From the sequence record OQ032511.1: a stretch of DNA of 64,000 nucleotides; one strand, given 5' to 3'. Source of the DNA: Acinetobacter phage nACB1. The notes under the pieces are model-generated. The model ran no database searches. It was not told where the DNA came from and was given only the letters and a program-made list of their open reading frames with translations. Each line of letters opens with the position of its first letter. Within the stretch, counting starts at the first letter, position 1. The position numbers and the translations under genes are program-made. Below are positions 50,200 to 59,077 of the stretch, piece by piece.

Positions 50200-51013
50200 A
50201 CTTGATTTGACCAAGAGCACTGAACTTTTCAGGTACGATAACCATAGTGTTCAATGTTCCTTTTTCAGCAGCTTTCAACAATGCTTGAGATTTAATTAAC
50301 TCAGCTTCAGCACGTTGCAGATCAATATACTTTTCAGAAGCATTCTCTGCTAATACACGCTTAACTTCGGTTTCAACCTTAGCTGTCTCAAGCTCATTCT
50401 GTTTTGTCTTCAGAGCATTCTGAGAGTTCACAATAGCCAATGATGAATTGACAATTGATTGGTGTGGTTTCACAGCCAAGATGTTTACTTCATTTACTGT
50501 AGCAAAGCGATCCTTACCTGCAAGCTTAAGACGCTTGTTCAACTCAGCTTTAATAGCTGCTTCGATTTCAGTACGGTTATCATTTACTTCCAGTGCTTTG
50601 TACTTGCTTACAGCAGTTTGTACAGAAGCATCAGTAATGTCTTGGATGTATTTACCCATCAAGAAAGTTTCACCTTCCACAATTAAGTGTTGAGCTTTTT
50701 CTGTCTTGAAAGCAACAGCAGCATTGTCGGGAACAATACCGTAATTGATTTTGGTAACGAAAGCAGCCATAGGCACTTTCTCTTGAGTGATTGGGTTAGT
50801 GTTCACTTGCATAACTAAGTTACGCTTAGACACTTTAATCACATCACCAACAACAACTTGGTGTAATCCTTGCTGCAGAATTTTGTCTTCGATTTCACCT
50901 GAGAAGGTTTCACGAATACCTACTTCTGCATCTGTTACACGAGAGTATGGACTGCATGCAGTCATAGCTACAGAAGCAGCTACTAGTAAGCCTACGGCTA
51001 ATTTACGAAGCAT
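50198..51013 (-). CDS. SPFH/band-7-like lipoprotein (271 aa)
   Basis: Signal peptide with Cys (LLVAASVAMTAC); long coiled-coil C-terminus with QRAEAEL motif typical of SPFH proteins; call from motifs only. Confidence 0.45.
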   Translation of the reverse strand: MLRKLAVGLLVAASVAMTACSPYSRVTDAEVGIRETFSGEIEDKILQQGLHQVVVGDVIKVSKRNLVMQVNTNPITQEKVPMAAFVTKINYGIVPDNAAVAFKTEKAQHLIVEGETFLMGKYIQDITDASVQTAVSKYKALEVNDNRTEIEAAIKAELNKRLKLAGKDRFATVNEVNILAVKPHQSIVNSSLAIVNSQNALKTKQNELETAKVETEVKRVLAENASEKYIDLQRAEAELIKSQALLKAAEKGTLNTMVIVPEKFSALGQIK

Positions 51014-51260
51014 CTTTGTTTCCTTTAATGCGTTTCAGAATTGCACCTGCAATCCCGTTAGTGAACTTTGATCCCGCCCATACCAATACGGTTAGGAGTA
51101 ATACGAGCAATGTTAGTGGCCAACTGGCAGCACACAATGCAAGGAGAAACCATGTGAAAGGTTGATTCTCTTTAGGTTTCAAAAGTCCAAGCTTAATAGC
51201 TAGATTAAATGCAACACCATAAATGATGAATACAATACAAGCTGTAATGAGATAAGGCAT
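51003..51260 (-). CDS. small polytopic membrane protein (85 aa) overlapping start of SPFH gene
   Basis: Two or three TM segments; 11-nt overlap with downstream gene. Confidence 0.4.
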   Translation of the reverse strand: MPYLITACIVFIIYGVAFNLAIKLGLLKPKENQPFTWFLLALCAASWPLTLLVLLLTVLVWAGSKFTNGIAGAILKRIKGNKDAS

Positions 51261-51377
51261 ATTAATTCCTTAAATGACTCACCTAAGCCAAGTGCACTAT
51301 CGAATGCAGAGAATGGGTCTGTTGGTTCTCCTTGGCTTAAGCTTTACCTGATTGATTAAGTCAGGTTGTCAAACTGA

Positions 51378-51977
51378 TTACTTATTGTTGTTAACAGTAA
51401 CTGATGATTGAGCTAACGCTTGTGTACGTGCAGTTTCAGCTTCACGGTTCAATGCAATAGTGTTTTCTAAAGTATCAACCTGCTTAATCAACATTTCAAT
51501 CTGAGCTTTGTCAGCTTTAGCGTTAGCAACGTGTTCAGCTAATTGAAGAGCTGATTCGTGTTTAACAGTAGAAAGCTTAGCACCATATTCAGAATGTAAT
51601 TTTTGTTCTGCAGCTTTAACTGCTTTAGCAGCTTCGTTTGCAGCATCACGTTCAGCAATAGCAGCACGTTCTTCTAAGTCACGTACATCAGTTGGTTTAA
51701 GGCTGATTAAACCACGTTCACCAAGTAAGTCAGATAATACTGAGTCAGCATCTTCTTTAACTTGTAAACGGATTTCAGCAGCAGCATTACGAACAGCAGT
51801 TTCAATTGCTTTTTCATTTTCAGCGAAAGTTGTTTCTTGATCTGCAATTTTGTTTGCATTGGTTTGGATTTCTGCAATTTGACCCTCAATAGTTACTTGC
51901 AACTGACCAAGTGATTTTTGAGCAGCTGTAGCAGTTTGTTGGAGTGAACGAGTTGCAGCATCAATAATTTGAGACAT
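51378..51977 (-). CDS. coiled-coil protein (199 aa)
   Basis: Ala/Gln/Glu-rich heptad-like sequence. Confidence 0.45.
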   Translation of the reverse strand: MSQIIDAATRSLQQTATAAQKSLGQLQVTIEGQIAEIQTNANKIADQETTFAENEKAIETAVRNAAAEIRLQVKEDADSVLSDLLGERGLISLKPTDVRDLEERAAIAERDAANEAAKAVKAAEQKLHSEYGAKLSTVKHESALQLAEHVANAKADKAQIEMLIKQVDTLENTIALNREAETARTQALAQSSVTVNNNK

Positions 51978-52171
51978 GGATTAATTCCTTTGGTTTGTCA
52001 TTCGGGGTTTAAGCATAATTGCTTAGGTGAACTGTCTAAGTGAGCTAGATGATCCTGTAAAATCAGAGCTAATACACACCACTTCTGGTTACAGCCAAAA
52101 GTAACACCCATGTGCTCCCGTCTTCAGGGGGAGTTAGGTTAGCAAAGCAGTTCGCCTAAACAATCATAAGA

Positions 52172-52510
52172 TTATTTAGTCCAAGGTCTTTGAGACTTGG
52201 CATCCATTTCTTTTTCAAGTTGTTCATACTGTTCGGCATAAAGCTCAGTAATAAACAATATACGTGTTCTTTGATCAAGCATTAACAGTAAAGAGTCAAA
52301 TACCCAATCAGGTAATTTAGCTCGCTGTGTACCATACGAAGCTGTCTTAGAGAAGCAATAGCGCATATCCTTTATGTAGACACGGATAGTATCTGGCTCT
52401 ATTGGTGCAGTGCCTGTGTTGGCATACTGATCTTCGAGATGCTCAATACACTTACTAGCAAGCTCATCAGTGTACTTAAAGAAAGCATAATGTTGTTCAG
52501 CTATTCTCAT
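52172..52510 (-). CDS. hypothetical protein (112 aa)
   Basis: ORF with RBS aaaggatt. Confidence 0.45.
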   Translation of the reverse strand: MRIAEQHYAFFKYTDELASKCIEHLEDQYANTGTAPIEPDTIRVYIKDMRYCFSKTASYGTQRAKLPDWVFDSLLLMLDQRTRILFITELYAEQYEQLEKEMDAKSQRPWTK

Positions 52511-52569
52511 TGGTTTAATCCTTTAGGTGAAGGAGTAGGGCGAATTACTTCTTCCCTAACGAATTAAGT

Positions 52570-52650
52570 GATGGGTTTCCCTGGACTCGAACCAGTCTAA
52601 TAGTTTGTCAACTTGCAGATTGCCGTACGCTCCTTATGTCGCCTTTCTAT
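52570..52650 (-). other. tRNA-like element (canonical T-arm GGTTCGAGTCC, no matching acceptor stem)
   Basis: Minus strand ...actgg-ttcgagt-ccagg-gaaaccca; no 5' partner for the 3' acceptor strand within 100 nt. Confidence 0.35.
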
Positions 52651-52733
52651 TAGTATGTAGTAAATCCTCAACCATATTCAGTAACCTACATGCATGTCAG
52701 TTAAAGCCTATGTCTACATGGAACCCCGTTGGG

Positions 52734-52816
52734 TGAGTTAAGGTGGAATTGAACCACTCCCTTAACGGATAGACTCCTACTGTTAGTTCCCTCTAGGGGA
52801 CAGTTCTACATAACTC
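52734..52816 (-). other. tRNA-like element (T-arm gtgg-ttcaatt-ccac plus 6/7-bp acceptor-like helix, no clear anticodon arm)
   Basis: Minus strand gagttat...agtgg-ttcaatt-ccacc-ttaactc-a; D and anticodon arms not resolvable. Confidence 0.35.
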
Positions 52817-52948
52817 ATTGGGTGAGAGGGAAGCTAAAGTAATTGCAATATTAAATTAGCCCTCTCATTACGTGGTAGTTTTTATACAGAACTACCAAAC
52901 TGTTTGTGTGCATCCATTGGACTGTGTCGGGTCAATCCGTCATGCACA

Positions 52949-53149
52949 TTACTTACCTGAAACAAAAGGCTTCAATTGAGTCAATGCAGAATCAACTTGA
53001 TTAGCTGCTTTTTCAAGCTTAGCTAAGTGTTCATTTGCTGCTTTGGTTTCAGTTGAAATGTCTGCCTTTAGTACAGTGAGTTCGTCGAAAGCTTTCTGAA
53101 AACCAGACATAGTTTTCTTAAAGCGATCACTAAAGTTTGATGTGAACAT
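52949..53149 (-). CDS. hypothetical protein (66 aa)
   Basis: ORF. Confidence 0.4.
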   Translation of the reverse strand: MFTSNFSDRFKKTMSGFQKAFDELTVLKADISTETKAANEHLAKLEKAANQVDSALTQLKPFVSGK

Positions 53150-53198
53150 TGGTGTCTCCAGAGACTGTTAAAAGATCAATCACACAAGTGAGCGAAGC

Positions 53199-53492
53199 TC
53201 ACACTGGATCAAGAAGTAAAGCCACTTGAGCATCTTTACTGACATTCTCTAGCATTACTAATTGTTCTATAAGAGCGTGATCAACCTTTTTAACTTTGGT
53301 TTCTGTTTGGATGGTATTCCACACACCACGCTTATTTTTTAAATTAATCATAAGCCACTGGTAATCATTCATATGATTATTCTTACTGTAATGTACTAAT
53401 ATGTTAGTGTACCTTAGTAAGTTATTAACGTAAGCATTGTAAGCTCTATGTGTTATATGCAACTGCAGATAGTTTTCGTAAGGTTCATTCAT
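53199..53492 (-). CDS. hypothetical protein (97 aa)
   Basis: ORF in overlapping array. Confidence 0.45.
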   Translation of the reverse strand: MNEPYENYLQLHITHRAYNAYVNNLLRYTNILVHYSKNNHMNDYQWLMINLKNKRGVWNTIQTETKVKKVDHALIEQLVMLENVSKDAQVALLLDPV

Positions 53493-53766
53493 TTGGAAGT
53501 CCTGCTAACTGTCTTAGATAAACGTGTACAGCTTCAGATGGGATAAGCTTAAGCTCTGCTAAAATCTTAGGCCCAATCTTTTTGTATTTAAACCCATAGT
53601 TCAAACGAATAGGTTTTATATACACTGTCTTAATGTCATCTATGTTGCTGTCACAAAGTTCAAAGAAACCATGTCTATACATGCCTCTGTGAATGATATA
53701 TCTAGCTGAGTTAATTACGTCACTAAACTCTTTAAAGTTATCTTCTGTAATGCAAATCACTTTCAT
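53485..53766 (-). CDS. hypothetical protein (93 aa)
   Basis: ORF, 8-nt overlap with neighbour. Confidence 0.45.
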   Translation of the reverse strand: MKVICITEDNFKEFSDVINSARYIIHRGMYRHGFFELCDSNIDDIKTVYIKPIRLNYGFKYKKIGPKILAELKLIPSEAVHVYLRQLAGLPNE

Positions 53767-54056
53767 AAGTTATGTCCTAATATGTAATCTTGCCACACCT
53801 CTTCAGGTACTAGCTTAAGTTGATCATTAAGATTGTCTTCCCAGATGATAGTACGTTCCACGTCTTCAAATGGAGTATCTGATTTACCTAAGTACAGCTT
53901 ACGTTCTTGGTTTACATATACATAACGTACGTGATAAGACATACCAAATTTAGAAGGTTCTGTCGTACCATATAAATAACCTTGCTCGCGCAGCATGTGT
54001 ATAAATGCTAATACCCATGCAGGATTCATTACAGGAAAATGTACTTGGTAAATCAT
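53763..54056 (-). CDS. hypothetical protein (97 aa)
   Basis: ORF, ATGA overlap. Confidence 0.45.
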   Translation of the reverse strand: MIYQVHFPVMNPAWVLAFIHMLREQGYLYGTTEPSKFGMSYHVRYVYVNQERKLYLGKSDTPFEDVERTIIWEDNLNDQLKLVPEEVWQDYILGHNL

Positions 54057-54065
54057 TTAAATCTC

Positions 54066-54097
54066 CTAATAAAAATAGCCCCAATTAAGGGGCTATT
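54066..54097 (-). terminator. intrinsic terminator
   Basis: atagcccc-aattaa-ggggctat, minus-strand T-run atttttatt. Confidence 0.6.
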
Positions 54098-54119
54098 TAT
54101 TCAAGCAATTAATTACAGT

Positions 54120-54788
54120 TTATGCACGACCAGTAGGTGTATCATCTTCTGCAGCAAATTTTGCTAAAGCTTCTTCAAATGATTTCGCATGAATAACACG
54201 TACACGCGGTTTTACTTTAGCTTCAGCTTCTTGAGTTGCTTGACCAAAGATTTGTCCAAGTACACCTGCAAGTACATCACGAATTTCTTCAGGAGCACCT
54301 GCAGACATTTCTTTTTCTTCATCTTCGTCAGGGAAGAAGTCAGAAATCGCATCAACGCTATGATCCATGAACTGAGTAAAAGTACCATGTTCTGGGCAAT
54401 AGATCGCATGAAGAATTTCTTCAACACCTGCACCTGATGACAAGATGTGCTTAAGTTTAATCACAAGTTCTTCAGTGTTTTGCAACAATACTTGACGAGG
54501 GTCTTCAATATTGTCTACTTGACGTAGAGTATTCAAAAGCTCTGGAGCAGCTACATGTGCAACTTGACCTAAGATTTGAAATTCTTCATCAACTGGAACC
54601 CATTGTAAGCCTGTTTCAGACACAGCAGGTTTAGTACCAAATGACGCTAGCAAACAAGTATGATTACCTGCTTTACCCATCATTACCACAGCTACCCAAT
54701 CATGGTTAGTAGGGATTTCAATTTCAGCACCTAAGTAAGTTACTGTCTTTGATTTAGTAGGTACTGGTTGTTTAAGTTCTACAAACAT
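54120..54788 (-). CDS. hypothetical acidic protein (222 aa)
   Basis: ORF. Confidence 0.45.
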   Translation of the reverse strand: MFVELKQPVPTKSKTVTYLGAEIEIPTNHDWVAVVMMGKAGNHTCLLASFGTKPAVSETGLQWVPVDEEFQILGQVAHVAAPELLNTLRQVDNIEDPRQVLLQNTEELVIKLKHILSSGAGVEEILHAIYCPEHGTFTQFMDHSVDAISDFFPDEDEEKEMSAGAPEEIRDVLAGVLGQIFGQATQEAEAKVKPRVRVIHAKSFEEALAKFAAEDDTPTGRA

Positions 54789-54801
54789 GTTTTAAATCCT
54801 A

Positions 54802-55107
54802 TTAAGGGTTATTGGAAATTTCCACATCAGGTTCCGAAGGAACCCAAGCCAAGAGATAAGCATCAAATGCTTCTTTAGTAGGGAGTATCTCAAACTGAGC
54901 TACATCATGTAAGCGTATTAAGGCAGCATCTTTACTGTATGATGCTACATACTCACCTTCTAACCAAATAGCATATCCTACTAAAGCAGTATCAAGTAGA
55001 TCACCCATAGAGTTAAACTTGTATCCATGCTTAACTAATACATCCTGAAACTTACGTTTAGATATTGATGAGTTAAACCGTACTGTTTTTACAATTCTTT
55101 CAGCCAT
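54802..55107 (-). CDS. hypothetical protein (101 aa), member of overlapping ~100-aa array
   Basis: ORF; C-terminal ..AFDAYLLAWVP resembles array paralogs. Confidence 0.45.
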   Translation of the reverse strand: MAERIVKTVRFNSSISKRKFQDVLVKHGYKFNSMGDLLDTALVGYAIWLEGEYVASYSKDAALIRLHDVAQFEILPTKEAFDAYLLAWVPSEPDVEISNNP

Positions 55108-55394
55108 GTCTTTAATACCTCTGGGTTATGACTAAGCAATTTAAGTTGAGCTAAGTAGTTTTCATTTACTTTGACACAAGGCCTATGTCGCATGTCTTCT
55201 TTAGGAATTAATGTGAAATAGCCATCATCTAAGCGTATATGTTCACAGTAGTTATACACATACTCTTCACTGTAAGACCGACATAAGTAGCCTAAGCCTA
55301 AGAGTACTTCTATAAACTTATTCCATTCTAAGTTTGATGGTATGTGGAAGTACTTACTTCTTGTATCCACATCATTTACTTGTTTAGTAACCAT
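55089..55394 (-). CDS. hypothetical protein (101 aa), paralog with C-terminal LKLLSHNPEVLKTWL
   Basis: 19-nt overlaps on both sides. Confidence 0.5.
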   Translation of the reverse strand: MVTKQVNDVDTRSKYFHIPSNLEWNKFIEVLLGLGYLCRSYSEEYVYNYCEHIRLDDGYFTLIPKEDMRHRPCVKVNENYLAQLKLLSHNPEVLKTWLKEL

Positions 55395-55675
55395 TCTAAT
55401 GCTGCCTCTGGGTTAGGGGATAATAGATTAAGTACATCTATATCCGCTTGAGTAATAACATAAGCATCTGGGTATAAATCTTTATTAACTACCCATAGGT
55501 ACTTACTATTAAAGGTTAGGGTATCAGTCTTATACGCTTCTGAATTTTGCATCAGTGTCGGAGCATACTTTAGACCTGCTGATAACAATATAGTTGTGAC
55601 CACATCCCAATAGCTACTTGAAGATATGTGTAATACTTTACGCATTGTATAGTTTACTCGCTGTGATACCAACAT
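55376..55675 (-). CDS. hypothetical protein (99 aa), paralog with C-terminal LNLLSPNPEAALEWL
   Basis: Clear C-terminal similarity to 55089..55394. Confidence 0.5.
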   Translation of the reverse strand: MLVSQRVNYTMRKVLHISSSSYWDVVTTILLSAGLKYAPTLMQNSEAYKTDTLTFNSKYLWVVNKDLYPDAYVITQADIDVLNLLSPNPEAALEWLLNK

Positions 55676-55943
55676 CCATTAAAGGAATCATTGGTATATC
55701 TGTATAAGATGCAAGTTCAATATTCTCTGCTAAGAATGCATCACTTGGTTTACCGTCAGAGATAATTAACTGAGCTTCAGCTTGATCAATTACATAGATA
55801 CAAGCATAAAGATGTTTACTCGTTGGGAAGGGTAAACGTGTTACATCTCGAACGTAGTTTGCAAAGGCTTTCACAAACAAACCAACAACTTCATTCTGTC
55901 TTGTAGGCATGAACTTTACATAGTATCGGTTAACTATTCGCAT
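55638..55943 (-). CDS. hypothetical protein (101 aa)
   Basis: 38-nt overlap with neighbour. Confidence 0.45.
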   Translation of the reverse strand: MRIVNRYYVKFMPTRQNEVVGLFVKAFANYVRDVTRLPFPTSKHLYACIYVIDQAEAQLIISDGKPSDAFLAENIELASYTDIPMIPLMDVGITASKLYNA

Positions 55944-56301
55944 TGAATAACTCCCTTAAGTCAACATTAAGATCACGAGCTAGAATATAAGATTCAAACT
56001 CGTCTTGTGTAGTTACCATATGCACTTGGTAAGCAGAAGTAACTACTCCTGATGCAGGTTGGAAGCTGTACTGCATAGTTCTTAAACCATACAACAAGTA
56101 CTGATCATGTAAATTCTTTTGGTTAAAGAAAGGTTTCTTAGGTAGAAAATGCATATTTACTTCTGACAAAGGAACAGCTATGTAATAACCTTTATATCTG
56201 TCATCCATAACTATAGGATTTCCATAACAATCTACATGATCATCATGTTGAATCTTTTGCTTCATTTTGTACATACTCTCTGTAAGGGTGGTAGGGATCA
56301 A
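55930..56301 (-). CDS. hypothetical protein (123 aa)
   Basis: ORF. Confidence 0.45.
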   Translation of the reverse strand: MIPTTLTESMYKMKQKIQHDDHVDCYGNPIVMDDRYKGYYIAVPLSEVNMHFLPKKPFFNQKNLHDQYLLYGLRTMQYSFQPASGVVTSAYQVHMVTTQDEFESYILARDLNVDLRELFNANS

Positions 56302-56554
56302 TTACACCCTCCGCATAGAGATAGTGTACTTGGGCTTCAAGACAAGGCATAAGAAGTAACGAAGTTACTATAGCTGTCTTAGCTAAAGGAGCCAAATCAG
56401 TAACTGCATCTGAATAAAAGGCATGTTTGCTTGTTACATCAAGTTTAAGATATGGCGAACGTGGGTCACGAAATATAGGCCCATTAATAAAACCTGTTTT
56501 AATAAGCCACTCAAAGTTACTTGCTGTGTTAGTGATGGATAGAGTAAGTTTCAT
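56243..56554 (-). CDS. hypothetical protein (103 aa)
   Basis: 59-nt overlap with neighbour. Confidence 0.4.
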   Translation of the reverse strand: MKLTLSITNTASNFEWLIKTGFINGPIFRDPRSPYLKLDVTSKHAFYSDAVTDLAPLAKTAIVTSLLLMPCLEAQVHYLYAEGVIDPYHPYREYVQNEAKDST

Positions 56555-56795
56555 GTCCCTCTCTCATAAATGTTAAAGCTAGTTCCATACGTGCATCAAT
56601 ATCTACTACTAAACATAATTGTTGTAGCTGTAGAATAGTAAAGTCATAAGATACACCTAATGCATTATGTGAACTTGCTTTGTGAGTTTTAAAATTAATA
56701 TCTAAGTACTTATCAGGGAATGTATAGTGAACAACAAATCCCATTGACTGTAATGCTTCAACAAGTTCACCTGATACTTTAGATGTTATTACCAT
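56529..56795 (-). CDS. hypothetical protein (88 aa)
   Basis: RBS gaggaag; first gene after hairpin 56837..56853. Confidence 0.45.
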   Translation of the reverse strand: MVITSKVSGELVEALQSMGFVVHYTFPDKYLDINFKTHKASSHNALGVSYDFTILQLQQLCLVVDIDARMELALTFMREGHETYSIHH

Positions 56796-56836
56796 ACTGT
56801 CTTCCTCAAAGTTAGTTACTAAGCTAAATCTAAAAT

Positions 56837-56853
56837 AGCGTCTGGAAGACGCT
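56837..56853 (-). promoter_or_regulatory. 7-bp stem / GGA-loop hairpin: N4 vRNAP-type promoter candidate
   Basis: agcgtct-GGA-agacgct on plus (template) strand, just after a terminator and 42 nt upstream of ATG 56795. Confidence 0.45.
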
Positions 56854-56855
56854 TA

Positions 56856-56883
56856 ATTAAAAAAGCTACCCGAAGGTAGCTTA
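56856..56883 (-). terminator. intrinsic terminator after gene 56885..57184
   Basis: aagctacc-cgaa-ggtagctt; minus-strand T-run ttttttaatta. Confidence 0.6.
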
Positions 56884-56884
56884 G

Positions 56885-57184
56885 TTAGAGATTATTTAAG
56901 TAGGTAAGTCTGACTCCATTATCAGGCATTAGCATACATGCTCTTGCTAGATCATCTTCAGGTGTTACGATGGTATTAGCAAGTATTATAAGATCATCAT
57001 TAACCATGTCCCAATAGAATGCAGTTAAGTTTGTGTTCCAAGTGCTATTAACCCTAACATAAGGTGAGTTACATATATAACCTGAATCTAAAAGCTCTAC
57101 AGCAAGAGCATACGTTACGTATACTCCACTGATAGTGAACTTGGTATAGTCTGAATTAACAGATGCCATTAGATGTATTCCCAT
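56885..57184 (-). CDS. hypothetical protein (99 aa)
   Basis: ORF. Confidence 0.45.
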   Translation of the reverse strand: MGIHLMASVNSDYTKFTISGVYVTYALAVELLDSGYICNSPYVRVNSTWNTNLTAFYWDMVNDDLIILANTIVTPEDDLARACMLMPDNGVRLTYLNNL

Positions 57185-57750
57185 TTAAAGCCATATGCTG
57201 TTTTTAGTTTACCTTTACATACTTGATGTATGTTTGAACTTGATTCAGGATTTTTACCTAAAGATCGCATTGCAATAAGCACAGATGCGTGTTCTGTAAC
57301 AAGTACACCATTTAAGGTCAACTGTCGTACAGGACTACCATTAGCACCTAAATGAAGACCTTTAAGGTTGTCAGTAACCTTGTTATTAAGATTCTCTTGG
57401 AAGGTTACAAGTTGTAGATTAGATAACTTATACGGTATAGCGCTGTTTATACGATCACAACTAGGTTTGATGTACTTATCATACCCACTATTAACCCAAG
57501 CACTGTACAAGGTATTCCAGTTAGGTTGTGATAATACCCATTCACGTAGTTCAGCTAGTGTGTAATCAGGTGCAGGTCTCCCCATGTTACGAGATGTCAT
57601 TCGTTGGTTTGAGTACATCATATTAACAACACCATTAGGTGTCTTGTTACGTTCTTGAGTCACTACTGAACTACAAGGTTTACAAGTAGCCTTACCTTTT
57701 GAGAAGTTAGTAATGTCTTTAGTTTGGTTACAGAGTTTACATGTTTTCAT
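57169..57750 (-). CDS. zinc-finger / homing-endonuclease-associated DNA-binding-like protein
   Basis: N-terminal CKLCNQ..CKPC; C-terminal NIHQVCKGKLKTAYGFKWEY resembles NUMOD1-type motif (..CxGKRKTAGGYKW); no nuclease core seen. Confidence 0.4.
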   Translation of the reverse strand: MKTCKLCNQTKDITNFSKGKATCKPCSSVVTQERNKTPNGVVNMMYSNQRMTSRNMGRPAPDYTLAELREWVLSQPNWNTLYSAWVNSGYDKYIKPSCDRINSAIPYKLSNLQLVTFQENLNNKVTDNLKGLHLGANGSPVRQLTLNGVLVTEHASVLIAMRSLGKNPESSSNIHQVCKGKLKTAYGFKWEYI

Positions 57751-57761
57751 GATTGTATTCC

Positions 57762-57790
57762 TAAATATTAAAGGGAGTCCGAAGACTCCC
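57762..57790 (-). terminator. intrinsic terminator after RNAP II catalytic subunit gene
   Basis: gggagtc-cgaa-gactccc; minus-strand tttaatattta. Confidence 0.55.
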
Positions 57791-57827
57791 TAGTATATCT
57801 AACTATTTAACAGTTGTTAAGTAGTTA

Positions 57828-59060
57828 TCAGCATATTCCATAGTTTGAGTTCCTGATCTTATTACCTAAGTCATTTGACTTCTTAGTATAAGTAACACGT
57901 TGTTTAGTTACTTGACTTACAAGGAAGCTAAGCATGTCACTCTCTGCAAGCTCTGCACAGATTTCTTTATACCAATAGCGGACAGTATCACAGTGACTCG
58001 GAAGGGAACCAAACGAGTCATGAACAGTTACCACAGGTGAAGAACCACGAGCAAGCATTTCACCCAATACAGCAAGTAAACGAATAACCATAGCAATAGG
58101 TACATGATGTACATTCTTCTCATTGATATAGTCAATGATTGAAACATCTAACATAGCTGAATACTTGTAAATATCTAACATGGTTTGTAATGCATCATCA
58201 CAAGGCTCTGTAGTGTCACCATCTACTGATAGTGAGTCATCAAGCAGCTTGTAAGCTACTTGTACCTTCTTCACATCGAACGAAGCTCTACGGATCACTG
58301 AACGTAATACGTAAGCATCAACTGAGTGAGTAACGTTAGCTACATTTGCTAAGCCTTTCTCTGTACCTTGGTTGATAGACACATACGTTGTAAATGTAGT
58401 GTGGTTAAGCTCATCAACTTCGATACGAGTTTCTTTCTGCTCTAACACTTTAACAATTACATGATGGTTATCAGGTAGTGTCCACGAGTGTTGTAGAGCA
58501 TATGGCTGCCATGTATGTAGTAATGAAGTCATTAGCTCGAATGCAGCAGGAGCTACAACAGCAACAGCTTCATAGAATACTTCTAATAAGTCACCCTCAC
58601 CAAATACCTCTTTAGGTACTGCTGTAGAGCCATAGACAGAAGTCATCATGGCACGCTTAACATCGTTACGTGGAACTACGATTGTGCTCATACCACGTAA
58701 TTGAAGAATCTTATTCATCTCAATAGTAACGTCGGTATATGCATCAGCTCGTTTATTAGATACTAAACCAGTGGCATCAGCTCCACGTACACAACCTGCC
58801 ATAGCAGATAGTAATTGGATACCTGAACATGTAGCATCAAGATGTACAATGTGTCCTGTTGGTTTACCTGCAACTACATTACGTAGTTCATGTACAGCTT
58901 TCAGATATAAAGGTTTAACGTCTGCTTCATCAGCTAGTTGTTCTAACTGATCATAGTTGTCTTTAACCCATTGTATACGTTGCTCAAATAACCATTTGTC
59001 TTTACCAAAGTGGTTAGCAATATCAATGCAAAGGTAGTCTAAAGGTAAATAAGTTTTCAT
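57828..59060 (-). CDS. phage RNA polymerase II catalytic subunit (T7-like single-subunit RNAP C-terminal part)
   Basis: Motif A HLDATCSGIQLLSAM, motif B RNDVKRAMMTSVYGS, motif C VTVHDSFGS. Confidence 0.7.
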   Translation of the reverse strand: MKTYLPLDYLCIDIANHFGKDKWLFEQRIQWVKDNYDQLEQLADEADVKPLYLKAVHELRNVVAGKPTGHIVHLDATCSGIQLLSAMAGCVRGADATGLVSNKRADAYTDVTIEMNKILQLRGMSTIVVPRNDVKRAMMTSVYGSTAVPKEVFGEGDLLEVFYEAVAVVAPAAFELMTSLLHTWQPYALQHSWTLPDNHHVIVKVLEQKETRIEVDELNHTTFTTYVSINQGTEKGLANVANVTHSVDAYVLRSVIRRASFDVKKVQVAYKLLDDSLSVDGDTTEPCDDALQTMLDIYKYSAMLDVSIIDYINEKNVHHVPIAMVIRLLAVLGEMLARGSSPVVTVHDSFGSLPSHCDTVRYWYKEICAELAESDMLSFLVSQVTKQRVTYTKKSNDLGNKIRNSNYGIC

Positions 59061-59077
59061 GGTTTCGCCCTATGAGG

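Noticed and set aside
52570-52816. Calling the two T-arm elements as bona fide tRNA genes
   Set aside because: No complementary acceptor 5' strand (first) and no foldable anticodon arm (second) by hand; kept as tRNA-like elements pending tool analysis
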